Source: Octopus bimaculoides (taxonomy: Eukaryota). From it: a DNA stretch of 47,720 nt. The first letter of the stretch is position 1. Each line of letters begins with the position of its first letter. A model generated the notes under the pieces. That model was not told where the DNA came from. It saw nothing but the letters and a program-made list of their open reading frames with translations, and searched no databases. The translations under genes were made by a program, and so were the position numbers. This document shows positions 47,458 through 47,720 of the stretch, in pieces. The DNA is taken from contig NC_068982.1 in assembly GCF_001194135.2 (NCBI RefSeq), positions 167,506,060 through 167,553,779 on the forward strand, read 5' to 3'.

Positions 47458-47596
47458 ATCAAATTCTGCCAAGGTTGACTTTGCATTTCCTCCTTTCGGG
47501 GTTGACAAAATAAGTACAAGCTGGTTACTAGGGTTGATGTAAGCGACTTACTCCTTCCACCAGAACTGCTGGCCTTGTGCCAAATATAGAAACCAA
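47458..47596 (+). mobile_element. SINE family B 3' part
   Basis: caaattctgccaaggttgactttgcatttcctcctttcggggttgacaaaataagtac..ggccttgtgccaaatatagaaacc. Confidence 0.8.
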
Positions 47597-47623
47597 TATA
47601 TATATATATATATATATATGTAC

Positions 47624-47720
47624 AGGCGCAGGGGTGGTTGTAAGTAAGTTTGCTTCCCAACCATATGGTTCCAGGTTCAGTCCCACAGCGTGCACCTCGT
47701 GGTGATGTCTTCTACTATAG
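47624..47720 (+). mobile_element. SINE family A head, running off the window end
   Basis: aggcgcaggggtggttgtaagtaagtttgcttccc..ggttcagtccc..gtcttctactatag. Confidence 0.85.

Noticed and set aside
99-47660. Many ORFs of the [24 protein letters not shown], poly-L/R/N/M/I type and ORFs containing long X runs
   Set aside because: They are translations of microsatellites or N-gaps, which lack stop codons; there is no domain content.

Overview
No host protein-coding gene, rRNA, true tRNA or CRISPR array is supportable in this window. It is AT-rich, microsatellite-dense animal DNA with 13 assembly N-gaps. The SINE families look like octopus/cephalopod repeats (recognised from memory, not from a search). 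Most ORFs in the track are microsatellite or N-run artefacts. The real coding remnants are all transposon-derived: (1) three copies of an R4/Dong-like non-LTR retrotransposon with a restriction-like endonuclease (1129-4047 minus; 27913-29112 plus; an old copy at about 42245-45770 minus that the ORF track misses), plus smaller fragments; (2) RTE-clade fragments, one ending in two C2H2 fingers; (3) a CRE-clade endonuclease fragment; (4) two Penelope-like remnants; (5) two mariner derivatives. At least four tRNA-derived SINE families are present. Most interesting signals: R4-like copies with different 5' breakpoints that each abut (CATA)n, suggesting microsatellite targeting; an R4 copy ending in another family's 3' end; a mariner made of two left ends (foldback) nested in the old R4 copy; a 566-bp palindromic MITE-like element; a second long inverted repeat; a dimeric SINE flanked by one target-site duplication; and degenerate hammerhead-like motifs. 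Coordinates of degraded elements are approximate, and all alignments were done by eye.
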